Below, in pieces: positions 20,701-28,700 of a stretch of 64,000 nucleotides of DNA (the stretch's first letter is position 1; each line of letters starts with the position of its first letter). This DNA comes from a virus, in IMG/VR virus record IMGVR_UViG_3300030117_007501, positions 94,283 through 158,282 of that record; one strand, written 5' to 3'. The notes below the pieces were generated by a model, which made no database searches, was not told the origin of the DNA, and saw only the letters and a program-made list of their open reading frames with translations. The translations under genes and the position numbers were made by a program.

Positions 20701-20828
20701 TCGCTCTAGGTATACCGCCGATGCCAGGAGAGGCAGATATGTACGGCGAAGACGCCGGTTGTCCTCCGCCAGGCTCCGAAGAGGAAGAATACACACGCCC
20801 AGAGCCATGTCCGGACATTGAAGAGTAA
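8739..20828 (+). CDS. giant (4029 aa) virion-associated protein of unknown function
   Basis: Uninterrupted 12 kb ORF between spike and gp25; degenerate peptidoglycan-binding-like N-terminal segment; Cys-containing helical blocks. Confidence 0.75.
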   Translation: MANMKIRIVKGEVSASALRAYYYGTSVETRQQDEDQGINTISPGDVYTFEFKYNDIGKGEYKLGYSGKEMLAIKEFLASVVDPSTYRIEDRGIFGARRTRVASSDAEAATDRNSPISMRDGFTFDEKTQAALTIWQMNNSASIREYGITHLGWTRDADSHYSEEIGSFGLASFAIAHGWSQGRKHFYDEGFGSPPSKVDAATEQIREAISPNPPSSPSRLHMAATRVADVIHEAVPKDNEGRAIETGELTKEQHQQHALSELSTPEPSGNQAPWEDPSGKRIGVFVDTDFTLENPPSFSYEEDMISYLLMKEREALEKVFDHYGKASTWPFPIGRMVNEEEPTMSAWYDIEAMPEAINVTIDETPAGAMRYDQFEARYSWALRQGAAARGRIPLVWAEAGVVITPKEWRLGLAATPDLPEEDRSSQHFTDIDVVVREVFRAPKARPGDVYRLQFWVNKGILREGASSGGTRFTPADVITAAVVNYEKAAGAIDAAGEFLENPGAAVEAWVGKAEDRINKSVDAAEDYVRSNLRYADQNKKKVARNVWKKWREDTRRRQADQRYASAEARAAQILEARKKSGFPTPSHVTYEARTFKKHIEAVASKMDEFQKELVEWQKASVKNVKTSGGSFVPVLDLSVEAQNLRDCIPAFERILGRNGFKLRDKFGEYIKVSYVPDKDETSAKNVLGALIATMSFVPRKGEGVFGTRSASAFVGGDYQTDEESEKMTIRVKAGAREFDSHIEAKSLEDISDPAIVNRRNSLYSKLKHPFNNPRTLAYLMQLEEMYNYINKPADWGSDCNDVLMPKSIPFAMQFTYPLPGIKPRTPDNYGKPKEGPDSFDKAALQVDGSMLKMMGEIKTASQAVSEKIAISEEEKDALLKVEQGKVYDINDLLPLGELCTWEEIQQKVLKKFDFKMMLCEWAQCLAIPWPIEFDWDLNFDFDWPKIPTFDLYMLYPIIVANLLEMLIRLLCTIIMKLLDMIRLPNCDDLFDAALYGISSIANAVEEYHNQKDGEGGIVLFNATSGVNPINAEFLKLIKAQTPGQAEAQKRFIQNLADFGVSAEYMEDNNLDGETVSALFEDVSRILTPTELCALLQGALNHETVELVRSLIISTQPSLASFFRNDTAVSQFFSSLGGLLGQEICDIVSRAPAEAMSSGRCDDGTNLRDYLAAGGADAQQIANALAIAKAEADRRLAVANSLASSNPLDGVVPKNVVDFSDPNAVISDIPPALMNQLSNGVSSIIGTVKGTYLQEITRYVPSLYDTDSRAMNFLDPEFNIFFRIQAEIAMKILMDFESQTPKLLSDMPLPKWEARNSLYTTYRYNFEGFQRQLIPMPFSSPPYRIEYKETVIEVPNAFETSGLPGSSYRSLEDWLQQSNLMSDEGSPMGQFVLRTVLDDEEGVILEEDTSVQEHPELGPKLISATMLSKTEPQDGSILFGDDDWQYTTKYGKVKSASDIANIQLAADGRYGEAGEPTAVADFIKEVMDDVKSRLNELQMHIMRDLEVNHKQRVESNIAPDVRRLILKEEEIKREQLPATLERIYGPAAEVSNLEHFYADEEGFRMMIPEVVDNEGTSYDADITYIEYPADSQNRNVVSTVIRDNVVLKNSQQDAATIIRVDECDESIIELIREDYPDNTPSLFEDFTIPPGKNQRPESLFHLTKKNFELDYQRYGLNKPDMLERGSNAFPLFHDYVYTGLYKHMQEVIFEKVFDQLASSPMFDPEELRKIDNRLRGKAEISPEGCLRLSEGLMNFDRLIKNATDMVREEFKKPENALANRDYSDPGPFEQGVLTALVSLMVDVLLVEIAMRGGVAFSTYSTEKLLNDTVFREYILKFIDSSVLDISRMGFDYGSAYDVFYKKLGSLSGMPVGTDSQRRAALLEFLALKLWNADNTSSVRETSLTDEGVAIAQRIDKAFGTKTDTFSLDDSFKIVPVSRWIPKTDQLWQKYRNFSHTMPSATLEITRYDNTPPNLIETEQEFLLSPIKLPHLDDVKKKGRFYIENYIRIIGPGASSLEGDEFKFGQEFQEFRRTLREQIFIASLGSPHLASFGQVDFQLDRFEAQVERTNTAVGEIEDRLEELEVMEPVRIADDDNYLTVDPPTAPVGQSQELVNSTELVDFIRASYHEGFDKEMCDIVGAIYSDNPLDPCYMSPKSNYRFPTRLIKKRRKFLKIRPNNSSTYNLGPADVAVEDGSHISLFMQAHQYKEDNSRWGVQDSNNNSPWEYYSVPANVCEISKNYRNIDNPEEDTFVNILNQFAPVEGEDPRAPSDRADIIISLEVKDMVDKIYALEPLEMPEFPDRDHYNGGEAIVSSMMNQFTPIGRVRLVTGGKVGYRYPYRPSEVNDKETYPRLKSGLTIKKVQLLDDEAIPYEVDGETEWHPLDPDAPWIRAGWGDVLDQERFGGRSFHNLGKLTEERFEYHKERGHLIENSPETPGLGRPKGIYEEWTEYVIDHEMYVFDHPGESWHHPDEMPALTSLVMSKIAQFTAIDENTGRPNVLGRSVFAPSMYSGQNRGLRAPREQWSRQNRPSRYRADEHAAVMRACDHENPGTHYPRVYSTTFTAPRNTRTMERNFNDTGTASPVFLALDQYPFGGNHAITEHNSFRRLPKNSRPDLFNPGAWYPGAHMSDGQWSEGSSLIANRSKSMSFGYVLSRPMGHSKAGQAPAGPENSRELRANQYAVPVRMLVTKVDYKQDMYDEQGNVTRSQILHSESFINYELPEAVKGLGHNEGEIVEHDFSSPVNVQRGQTVKPALAKMNFDRKTSLQRGLNQLAFEYCLGGTRSNSLRDSNRARMFAHYGWPARGVVNPEGEVFQRFQKRVHAWIMEPDNEQAPPDSLRWEDIWPDDPPPAQRSPNPANSYYNEAKRAMERIRDDNRGSGIQQLRRREMFVRENLLNNPLHPDYDIMGRIGGGMDDVDGADIMHRHWITHMRRFEPGTTANIEFLEAIWRGRFQPGNYGPDNDSSYRGGHLPFIGEKITLTKFTENGLIGQEEDNQASIVTSEIRNPLWNPDDFTGMFADEIHMELLSISADTHGIRPFSQYYTTEAARTTRRGLQPEEVSHGPALSVSKVYSAGAHQEAKHKWWGKGSPYDGEYIYDPDDRDDPYKAKLDNLFYKKRRGVLLKQSTLGTPWFRALSDPNANSQELKGEVTRFLESYVNCRRYEGFWGRTSSPWWLWGAQGYYPGARGADWTLQTTSRDHLGREQVRPINMSEERGKYENSYRLHLQYDASDIVAYVVEKLLTRPNRDEPAADESNWFDGHRGHYGGNVNVHRGYGPYEWYRTTNNVYSNRYDVDPENVARQDSMMAIQSLYTNDIVAVFRQLGDWNCQAVKHFVNAFPRVQGVRRIDDADEDISEIVQDYLGRSETFTTWLSDIIPEPQKQPGYRKGAKNAGAMSISWDYQYKRCFDNDPTIRTWPDLWDMVHLVGYGAGWALMSYGGNDGGVPDDSEHHNNIIMPSQCFSYVQGDANHPQVLPAENRHESFMSPFNIVVPEMTSTERINYGQEDSPRREPSAGGVGEIVFGDYQFIDSPDMATADMWNFESRKMLDGTGDKEAKITAAADNNTLADGFNIYAANAAINLLLRAEQEERYFWSQLSQFGTGEYNPEGEPIGIFESLNRRLSAEMSRRLEVLFGETEYLVGSRLVYIVPEDTDPNFGDSGEFWTQHGENPQDEYRDFTEITREERTWMVTVEDESTGQWFRSRCIPLAFNEVPIDMKCHYTRFQNEIASMSAEVLSGLKQKPEYRMLSKYAFPVERYASISSIYSLMALSQREQVRDTLSNTKASIAKLMKLMSERPPFGNTIEIMDGGVFRSVFMGSMSPDGPVGLPSFMMAKFGDFISDLAYNAMMTPPWLIRSLASGLDPAFKDMRKLAMNPQCKIDGVNWKNVTKTALDNKMVKGVDTKNRTYAPVSTAFPADLFYRGTQISPPFVNKNFFKALVKFANFVAKDNLPPPPKIKAGARSADTAEYDKLVARVNDRYGTFLGPLGLIALGIPPMPGEADMYGEDAGCPPPGSEEEEYTRPEPCPDIEE

Positions 20829-20843
20829 TAAAAATTTTCATAA

Positions 20844-20850
20844 CTAATTA
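20844..20850 (+). promoter_or_regulatory. candidate late promoter motif CTAATTA
   Basis: Intergenic, 26 nt upstream of the gp25 ATG. Confidence 0.5.
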
Positions 20851-20876
20851 ATATTACACGATAGCAGGGTACTATA

Positions 20877-21257
20877 ATGGCAGGAATATCAGTAAAATTA
20901 CCATTGTCTATGAGTGAGTTCGACGGACCCTACACTCTTAACAAAACGTTGAAGGAAACTGTTAAACAAAACTTTAAAATGCTTTTGTTAACCATACCTG
21001 GCGAGAGAATGATGAATCCTGATTTCGGAATTGGATTACAAACATTCCTATTCGAGCCCAACGACTTTGGAACTCAAGAAAGAATCTCATCTAGGATTCA
21101 TGAGCAGGTGGGCAAATACATGCCATTCTTAGAAGTCACTGACATATATACCAGCGACGAACCGGCATCATTGATGAGCGTGACAATATCTTATTTCTTG
21201 GTACCAACCTCAGAGCAGGACGTATTGACGCTATCTTTGTCACAAAATGAAATATAA
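20877..21257 (+). CDS. gp25: baseplate wedge subunit, GPW/gp25 family
   Basis: VKQNFKMLLLTIPGERMMNPDFGIGL..FLFEP signature. Confidence 0.92.
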   Translation: MAGISVKLPLSMSEFDGPYTLNKTLKETVKQNFKMLLLTIPGERMMNPDFGIGLQTFLFEPNDFGTQERISSRIHEQVGKYMPFLEVTDIYTSDEPASLMSVTISYFLVPTSEQDVLTLSLSQNEI

Positions 21258-21259
21258 CT

Positions 21260-21266
21260 CTAATTA
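21260..21266 (+). promoter_or_regulatory. candidate late promoter motif CTAATTA
   Basis: Intergenic before gp6, followed by AGAGGA SD. Confidence 0.5.
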
Positions 21267-21290
21267 CTAATGACTTAAGAGGAAGGCAAA

Positions 21291-23087
21291 ATGGCAAAAA
21301 AGAAGATTGTTCCAATAGATTACACTAGTCGAGATTTCGATTCTATTAGGAATGATTTGATAACATATGTGAAAAGATATTATCCAGACACGTACAAAGA
21401 CTTTAACGAAGCTTCTTTCGGATCTCTTATGTTGGATACCGTATCGTACGTTGGGGACATGCTCTCCTTTTACTTAGATTACCAGGCAAACGAGTCATTT
21501 TTGGAAACCTCTATAGAGTATGATAACGTAGTTAAGCACGCAAGGCAGATGGGGTATAAATTTTCTGGAACTCCGATGACTTATGGGGAGTGCACCTTTT
21601 ATATTCTAATACCAGCCGCTGCAGGTACAGTTACTCCTGATCAGAGATATATACCCACATTGCTTAAGGGCACGCAGGTAACCTCTCCCGCAGACACTGT
21701 TTTCACCTTAAACGAGAATGTTAATTTTGCTGACCCTAGTAACGAAATGGTTGTCGCAAGAACTGACGCGAACGGCGCCCCTACATATTTTGCTATCCGT
21801 GCGGAAGGGCAAGTTGTCTCCGGAGACTTGATGATAGAAGAGGTAGAGATTGGCGACTTTATGAGGTTCAACAAGGTTGAGCTAGCAGGTTCAAACATAT
21901 CCGAGATAGTGACTGTGATGGATTCACTAGGTAATGAATACTATGAAGTGGATTTCTTGTCACAAGATGTAATATATAAAGAGATAGTAAACAGAGGAGC
22001 ACACAGAGAATCAGTCCCCAGTATAATGAAGGCATACCCAGCCCAGCGCAGGTTTGTTGTAGAGGTTGAAAAGGGAGTAACCCACCTTCAGTTTGGGTAT
22101 GGATCAGATTCAGAACTAACTAGCAACTCTGTTGTTGATCCTTCAGAAGTTGTTTTGAATGTGCATGGTAAGAACTATGTAACCAACACGTCTTTCGATC
22201 CAAAAAACCTAACCTCCACAGACAAGTTTGGTATTGCACCATCCAACACAACATTGACGGTGGTGTATAGAAGAAACACCAATGAGAATTCAAATGTGTC
22301 AGCAGGAGTTTTAAATAAGGTTATAAATGTAGACTTGTATTTTCCAGAACGAGCCTCGCTAGATAGCGCAAAGATTCAATTTATTTCATCGAACATAGAG
22401 TGCACAAACGAAAGCCCAGTAGTTGGGCACGTATCTCTACCTTCGACAGAAGAAATTAAAAGGAGAGCAATAAACGTATTTGCGACGCAAAACAGAGCTG
22501 TCACTAAGCAGGATTATGTTACTTGCGTTTATGCAATGCCTTCTAGGTTTGGTGCTGTCAAGAGATGTGCTGTATACAGAGATAATGACGAACTTAAGAG
22601 AAACTTAAATTTGTATGTAATATCTGAAAACTCTACTGGGCAGTTAGTTGCAACGAACTCTTCAATAAAAGAAAATCTGAGAACTTGGCTTAATGAAGTC
22701 AGGATGATTGGCGATACAATAGATATATTGAATGCGAAAATAGTCAACATAGGCATAGAGTTTGAAGCAGTGGCTCAAGACGGCAGCGACAAAAACGCAG
22801 TACTGAATAACGCAATTCAGGCATTGTCTGAGAAGATGACAAAGATACACAGGGACATAGGTGAGCCTCTTTACGTAACAGATGTTTTCAGCATCCTTAA
22901 AGATGTCGAAGGTTTGCTGGACGTTACAGACGTTAGAATAGTGTCCAAGTCGGGTAGTTCTTACAGCGAGAATTCCATAAGCATAAGAGAGAACCTTTCA
23001 CCAGACGGAAGATACTTGCATATTCCTTTCGACAGTATATTGGAAATTAAGTTTCCTTACACGGATATTGTAGGAGCTATTAGATAA
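21291..23087 (+). CDS. gp6: baseplate wedge subunit, T4 gp6 / baseplate J-like
   Basis: DYTSRDFDSIRNDLI, DFNEASFGSLMLD, QANESFL..S, LQFGYG, QNRAVTKQDY; follows gp25. Confidence 0.9.
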   Translation: MAKKKIVPIDYTSRDFDSIRNDLITYVKRYYPDTYKDFNEASFGSLMLDTVSYVGDMLSFYLDYQANESFLETSIEYDNVVKHARQMGYKFSGTPMTYGECTFYILIPAAAGTVTPDQRYIPTLLKGTQVTSPADTVFTLNENVNFADPSNEMVVARTDANGAPTYFAIRAEGQVVSGDLMIEEVEIGDFMRFNKVELAGSNISEIVTVMDSLGNEYYEVDFLSQDVIYKEIVNRGAHRESVPSIMKAYPAQRRFVVEVEKGVTHLQFGYGSDSELTSNSVVDPSEVVLNVHGKNYVTNTSFDPKNLTSTDKFGIAPSNTTLTVVYRRNTNENSNVSAGVLNKVINVDLYFPERASLDSAKIQFISSNIECTNESPVVGHVSLPSTEEIKRRAINVFATQNRAVTKQDYVTCVYAMPSRFGAVKRCAVYRDNDELKRNLNLYVISENSTGQLVATNSSIKENLRTWLNEVRMIGDTIDILNAKIVNIGIEFEAVAQDGSDKNAVLNNAIQALSEKMTKIHRDIGEPLYVTDVFSILKDVEGLLDVTDVRIVSKSGSSYSENSISIRENLSPDGRYLHIPFDSILEIKFPYTDIVGAIR

Positions 23088-25750
23088 TGGCAATAAAAAG
23101 ATACATATCAAATTCTGACACAACAATAACAAATGCATTCAAATCAGATTTGCTGAACAGGGGTTCTAACGCAAACATGGGACAAAGTGACATACTGGAA
23201 ATGTTCAGTATATACGCTCAGTCGACGACATCCTCCTTAGAACAGAGTAGGATTCTTATGAAATATCCTATTGCTGATATCTTGGCAGATAGAAACTCTG
23301 GAGCAATACCTTCAAGTGGAAGTGTCAATTTTTACTTAAGGGTTTTTAATGCCGAACACGGACAGTCGGTACCAAAGAAATACTATGCAGACATTGCTCC
23401 TATCGCCGCTGCGTGGGACGAGGGGCATGGACTAGACATGGAGGGCTACCTAGATAATGGATCAGCCTGTTGGGTATCATCATCCGATGATGCAGTAGCT
23501 CAGGTGGTGAAGGTTTCCTTTCTGTCTGACACTAGGGCAAGTTACGGGGCATCTAAGCACGTATCCGTATATAATGGCAGAGGCCAAAGACAGAATTATT
23601 GGTTCAAGACAGCGGGTGGAGATACTGCACCAACGCTAACAGGTACAGAGTATGAAGTAGACATTCAAACCGCCGCAAACAAAGCGGCTATAGCTTCTAC
23701 GTTTAAGTATCAGGTGAATCTCACAGCAGCAACATCCGGTATTACAGCTGCGTTTAGTGGTAGTAGCACCTCAGTGGTTCTTTTGACAAACGATGTTCTT
23801 AACGAGGTTTCTGAGCCTGTCACATCTGATGGGATGAGCGCAGTCTACACTGCCGACGTAGAAACGTTTGGAAAGAGTGCGCATTTGTGGGAAGAGCAAG
23901 GAGGAGACATATACAAAGAAAGCAATGTTAAACATACTACTCTGCCCGTATATAGTCAATATTTTGAAGACGTCGAAGATTTGGAGGTTGATGTGACTTC
24001 TCTCGTGGAGGAGTGGCTCACTACCGAGGCAGCAGGTGACGTACTAGCTAACAAAGCGACAGCAGAAATAACATTTTCAGGACAGCCAACAGACGGCTCG
24101 AAAATAACACTAGTCAGCACCAACGGAAAATCAGTAACGTATAATCTTGAAAACGGAACAATAACTGGAACGCAAAATGCCAACAATTCAGCAGAGGTAA
24201 ATGTTGATACCGATGCAAACACCACTACAATGGCAGCTGCCTTCGCCGCAGCGGTAAGATCAGTAAGGGGACATAGGGACGAAATAATTGTCGACAACAA
24301 TGCGGCAATAGTCAGGCTAACTCAGTCTCTTGGTGGTTTCGGAGGCAACAGAAAGGTGGATAGCAACGGAGCAGTTCAGGCTACTTTTTCAAATAGCGGA
24401 TTTTTCAATGGAGGTGTCGGACTGGTAAACAACGGAATGATGCTTAAGTTGTCGGGCTCTTATGAAGACGGATCTTTGGAGAAGACATTTTATACTAAGA
24501 AGTTTTTTGCGAGAGGTTCTGAGTTCTTCTTTAAGCGCCCAATGATAGAAGCTCGTTTTGACGATTCTAAATTGGATGACAGAGGAAATTTTCATGTTAG
24601 CAGTTCTTTGATATCTGGCGCCGAAAACATGGAGACACTATATCTCTATAATAACTACAAAGGAACGTTGCGAGATATTCCAACAGTCACGGTGATAAAC
24701 AAGGCTACTTTGGAAATGACATTTATTTCTGCAGCCATCGATGGAGGCACGCTAAACTTGGTAGCTTCTGATGGAACTAGTGTAACCTTTACCGCGAGAG
24801 ATCACGATCACGCCCAATTGGGAGGCGGCTCAGTCAATGCGGCAGTAACTGCTGCAGGTGCTGTGACGTTTGATAGGGGCAATCTGGGTGCTGACGACGC
24901 CGCAGACGCACTATTGGCTGCTTCTCAATTTGCTGCAGCAGTAAACATGGCAGGGCACAACATAAGTGACAAAATCACGGCTGTCGCGGAAGGTGCTAAG
25001 GTAACACTAACTCAGGTGACTGCCGGACACACTGGTAACACCGCTGTCACAGACGCAGCAAACTGGGATAATGGAGTTTCTGGCACTACACCAGCTAATT
25101 TTTCCGGCGGTAGCGGAGGCATATATCTTAGGTTGTTCGATGCGACTACTGGAGACGAGCTGGAGGCTAAGCCGAACTATCCAGTAACTGGTGGCTGGGA
25201 TTCAACGGGAATATACACTGCCTCTTTCGCATTGGAAACTACTGCCTCTACGGTGCAAGATATATGGCTAACAGAGGAAAATCCCGAAGGAGGAGGCGCT
25301 TATAAGCAAATTCAATACTATACTGGCTCCTTTTCTCCCGTCACCTATGGTGCCTCGATGTCAGCGGCAAACTACGACTCAGATTACGTACTTAAAATAA
25401 CAAACCTCAGATCTTCATATACGATAGAGGAAAAGCCCAGATTTAGAGTATACACAAGGAAGAGGAACTGGCAACCCAACATTTATACTGTTGCCAGAAA
25501 TGCTGCACCTATCAACATAATTGAAAATTCTTATTATAAAATAACTCGAGAATCTGATAACCTAGATGTTATAGACTATGGAACCGGAAGCGTCAATCAC
25601 ACGAGGCTTTCGTATGATATGAGCGGCAGTTATTTTGATTTGGACATGTCCTTGTTGGAAACTGGCTATTCTTACATGGTTTCTTTGGTTTTCAAGTTGG
25701 ACGGAGTTTACAAAGAGCAGAATGAGAAATTTAAGTTTAGGGTTGAATAA
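23087..25750 (+). CDS. virion structural protein with three inserted repeat modules
   Basis: SDTTI..., SRILMKY, WDEGHG core interrupted by related ~120-aa Ala/Thr/Gly-rich modules; baseplate context. Confidence 0.65.
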   Translation: MAIKRYISNSDTTITNAFKSDLLNRGSNANMGQSDILEMFSIYAQSTTSSLEQSRILMKYPIADILADRNSGAIPSSGSVNFYLRVFNAEHGQSVPKKYYADIAPIAAAWDEGHGLDMEGYLDNGSACWVSSSDDAVAQVVKVSFLSDTRASYGASKHVSVYNGRGQRQNYWFKTAGGDTAPTLTGTEYEVDIQTAANKAAIASTFKYQVNLTAATSGITAAFSGSSTSVVLLTNDVLNEVSEPVTSDGMSAVYTADVETFGKSAHLWEEQGGDIYKESNVKHTTLPVYSQYFEDVEDLEVDVTSLVEEWLTTEAAGDVLANKATAEITFSGQPTDGSKITLVSTNGKSVTYNLENGTITGTQNANNSAEVNVDTDANTTTMAAAFAAAVRSVRGHRDEIIVDNNAAIVRLTQSLGGFGGNRKVDSNGAVQATFSNSGFFNGGVGLVNNGMMLKLSGSYEDGSLEKTFYTKKFFARGSEFFFKRPMIEARFDDSKLDDRGNFHVSSSLISGAENMETLYLYNNYKGTLRDIPTVTVINKATLEMTFISAAIDGGTLNLVASDGTSVTFTARDHDHAQLGGGSVNAAVTAAGAVTFDRGNLGADDAADALLAASQFAAAVNMAGHNISDKITAVAEGAKVTLTQVTAGHTGNTAVTDAANWDNGVSGTTPANFSGGSGGIYLRLFDATTGDELEAKPNYPVTGGWDSTGIYTASFALETTASTVQDIWLTEENPEGGGAYKQIQYYTGSFSPVTYGASMSAANYDSDYVLKITNLRSSYTIEEKPRFRVYTRKRNWQPNIYTVARNAAPINIIENSYYKITRESDNLDVIDYGTGSVNHTRLSYDMSGSYFDLDMSLLETGYSYMVSLVFKLDGVYKEQNEKFKFRVE

Positions 25751-28700
25751 TGTCAATTAAAAACCTTTTTGAAGAAAAATCAAAGATAGTAGCAAAGACT
25801 ACGGTAAAGGACTTGACTGAGAGTTTGGAGTCTGAGGACTACATCTTTGTTCGAGATAAGAAAATTAAAAGATTTCTTCCAACGGTAGATTATTCTAAAC
25901 CAGAGAATTTTGCTAGATACGGATTGGCAGAAAGATACTATACGGACTCTATAGAGAGAATATACCAAACTTATCCTTACGATGGGACGTTCTACGAAAA
26001 AGAAGCTTGGCACTTAAGTTCTTCATATTTAGATAATCACATATTTAGGGTTGACTACCCTAGAACAAATGGTTTTGCTCTCTTCTCTCCTTCGGGCTGG
26101 GGCACTCAATCCGCCAATCACGATAATTATGGACTGCCAAGTACTGCTGAGTATGTGTATATTAAGGGTGGGCCCCATGCAGATCCATATGGCGACATCA
26201 AGGGCGAAAACAGTCTGGCAAACATATATGATTCCGCCAGCTATAGAGAATCAAATCTTAAAATTGATGGCGCCACAGGTAATACTGTCGAGTTTTGGCT
26301 CAAAAAAGACGGATATGACACTTCGAAAACTAGATTAGAAGTCCTATTTGACGCTACTGTTTCGGGTTCAACGCCTGGAGACGCAGATTACGGAAGATTA
26401 AGAGTTACAATAGACAATAATCCAGCTAGTTCTGCTTTTTTGATAACATATCAATCAGGAAGTTTAGGGTTTATAGATACTGCGATAGGTGGATCCTCAA
26501 TAACCGAGGATACAATCGCAGACGGAAAGTGGCATCATTATGCTTTTACATTCAAACACAACCCTACAACTGAAAAAATTGACTCAAACCTGTACATAGA
26601 CGGTGCATATAACGCAACTGTTTCTGTTGCAGCTGCGACATTTGGAGCAATTGATGGCAACATAGTTGCAAATATCGCAGCACTTGTCGACTCTCCAACG
26701 GCAGCTAGCTCAGCTGGGCTTGGTTACGGAAAGTTGTCTGGTTCGATGGATGAATTTAGATTCTGGAAGGTAGAGAGGAATGCTAAGGAAATAGGAGAAA
26801 ACTGGTTAACAAATGTTGGCGGTGGAACAAACAAGTACGAACACAATACTAAGCTTGGCGTGTATTATAAGTTTAACGAAGGAATAACAACAGATGCAAC
26901 AACAGACTCGGTAGCTTTGGATTACTCTGGCAGAGTGTCAAACGGCTCATGGGTGGGGTACAGTTCTTCATCGAGAAACACCGGATCTGCCATGGTTGAC
27001 TCTGGTAACGCATTGAGGGAATTTCAAGATCCTATAATTTATAGCAATCATCCAGACGTTGTATCTCTTTTGGATGAAAAAAGACAACTAGGACAATCTC
27101 ATGATTATCAGAATACTTCTGCGCTATATTATTCTCTGCCAACTTGGATAATAGAAGAGCAGATGAACACCCATACGGAAGACAAGAGTACTCTTTCGGA
27201 TATGATGCAGATAATGGCTAGCTACTTTGATACATTGCATTTGCAAATAGAGGCTATCACGTCTCTGAAAGATGTTAGCTATAGGGATTACCCATCCCCA
27301 ACACACGTAAGTGGTTCGGATTTTGCACCATTCACAGAAAAACTATTAGAATCTAGTGGCTTCATTGCTCCGGATCTGTTCGCAGATGCCGAAGTGTTGG
27401 AAAAGTTTGGTACCAGAAACAAGGACGGACAGTTTGAATTTGAACTACATCAAGTTAAGAACTTCATATACAGAAACATATATAATAACCTTACAAACAT
27501 CTATAAATCAAAGGGTACTGAAAAGTCCTTCCGGAATCTTTTTAGATGTTTCGGGATAGACGAGGAACTTATTAAGCTAAATGTGTATGCGGATAATCAC
27601 ACTTACTCGTTTTCTGATACGTTTTTGCACAAATCTCATAAACAAAAGGTGGTGGATTTTAATTCTCCCGACAGATATGGGGCTACAATATTTCAGTCTG
27701 GCTCTTTAAATCCATATAGAGCACACTACATTTCAGGCTCTGGCACCACAGGGGAAACCGATGTATCAACAACTGTTGAAGCAGATATCTTCTTCCCCAG
27801 GAAGGAGAGGTATGGATCAAAGTATTTTCAAGAGACGGGATTCATCACATCTTCGTTGTTTGGCATCCACACCCCATCAACAATAGCGGGTGATATGACG
27901 TGGGCATCAAATGATTTCGCCAGCATCCAGGCTCATGTAGTGAGAACATCAGAGTATGAGTCGGATGCATATTTTATGCTAACGAGTTCAGCGGGTATAA
28001 TACCAGAGTTGACGTCACCTATAGTGCATGACGTCTATGGGGATAATAAGTGGAACATTTCCTTTAGAGTCAAGCCTGCACCTCACATGGCAGCATCCCC
28101 CAGTGGCTCTATGGATGGCTCTGTGGCTGCACAAGCCGCAGCCTTTGTTGTCGAATTTCGAGGAACAAGGTATATCCTAGATAGTCTCGAAGATAGCTTT
28201 CATGTAACTGGTGCAGTTTCGAGAACTAATGCTACAAGGCTTTGTTTTGCACCCAAGACATTGTATGCGGGGGCACACAGAGTAAACTACACAGGCTCAG
28301 TGTCGGAGTACTCGGATGTAAAGATATCGAATATACGATATTGGAATGCTTATTTGTCAAACGATGAGCTGGATTTTCACTCTAAAAATCCAGATAACTT
28401 CGGTAGAATGCACCCATCAAAGCCAGAGTATGTGAATAAGTCGGATATTCTTGATAGCAACTACAGGGAAACAGACACTCTCGCTCTACATTGGGATTTT
28501 GATAGAGTAACCACGTCAGATTCTTCAGGAGAATTTGTTGTAGTAGATGCCTCATCCGGCTCGGTTGGTGCTCTTAGCACTTTTGACGGCATGACAAAAA
28601 GACACCATGTTGGCGTCGGGTATGGATTTCCAACTAGCAGCACCTCGGTAGTATCGACTATGTGGACAGCGGGACTTCAACAAGCGCTACCAGAGAATGT

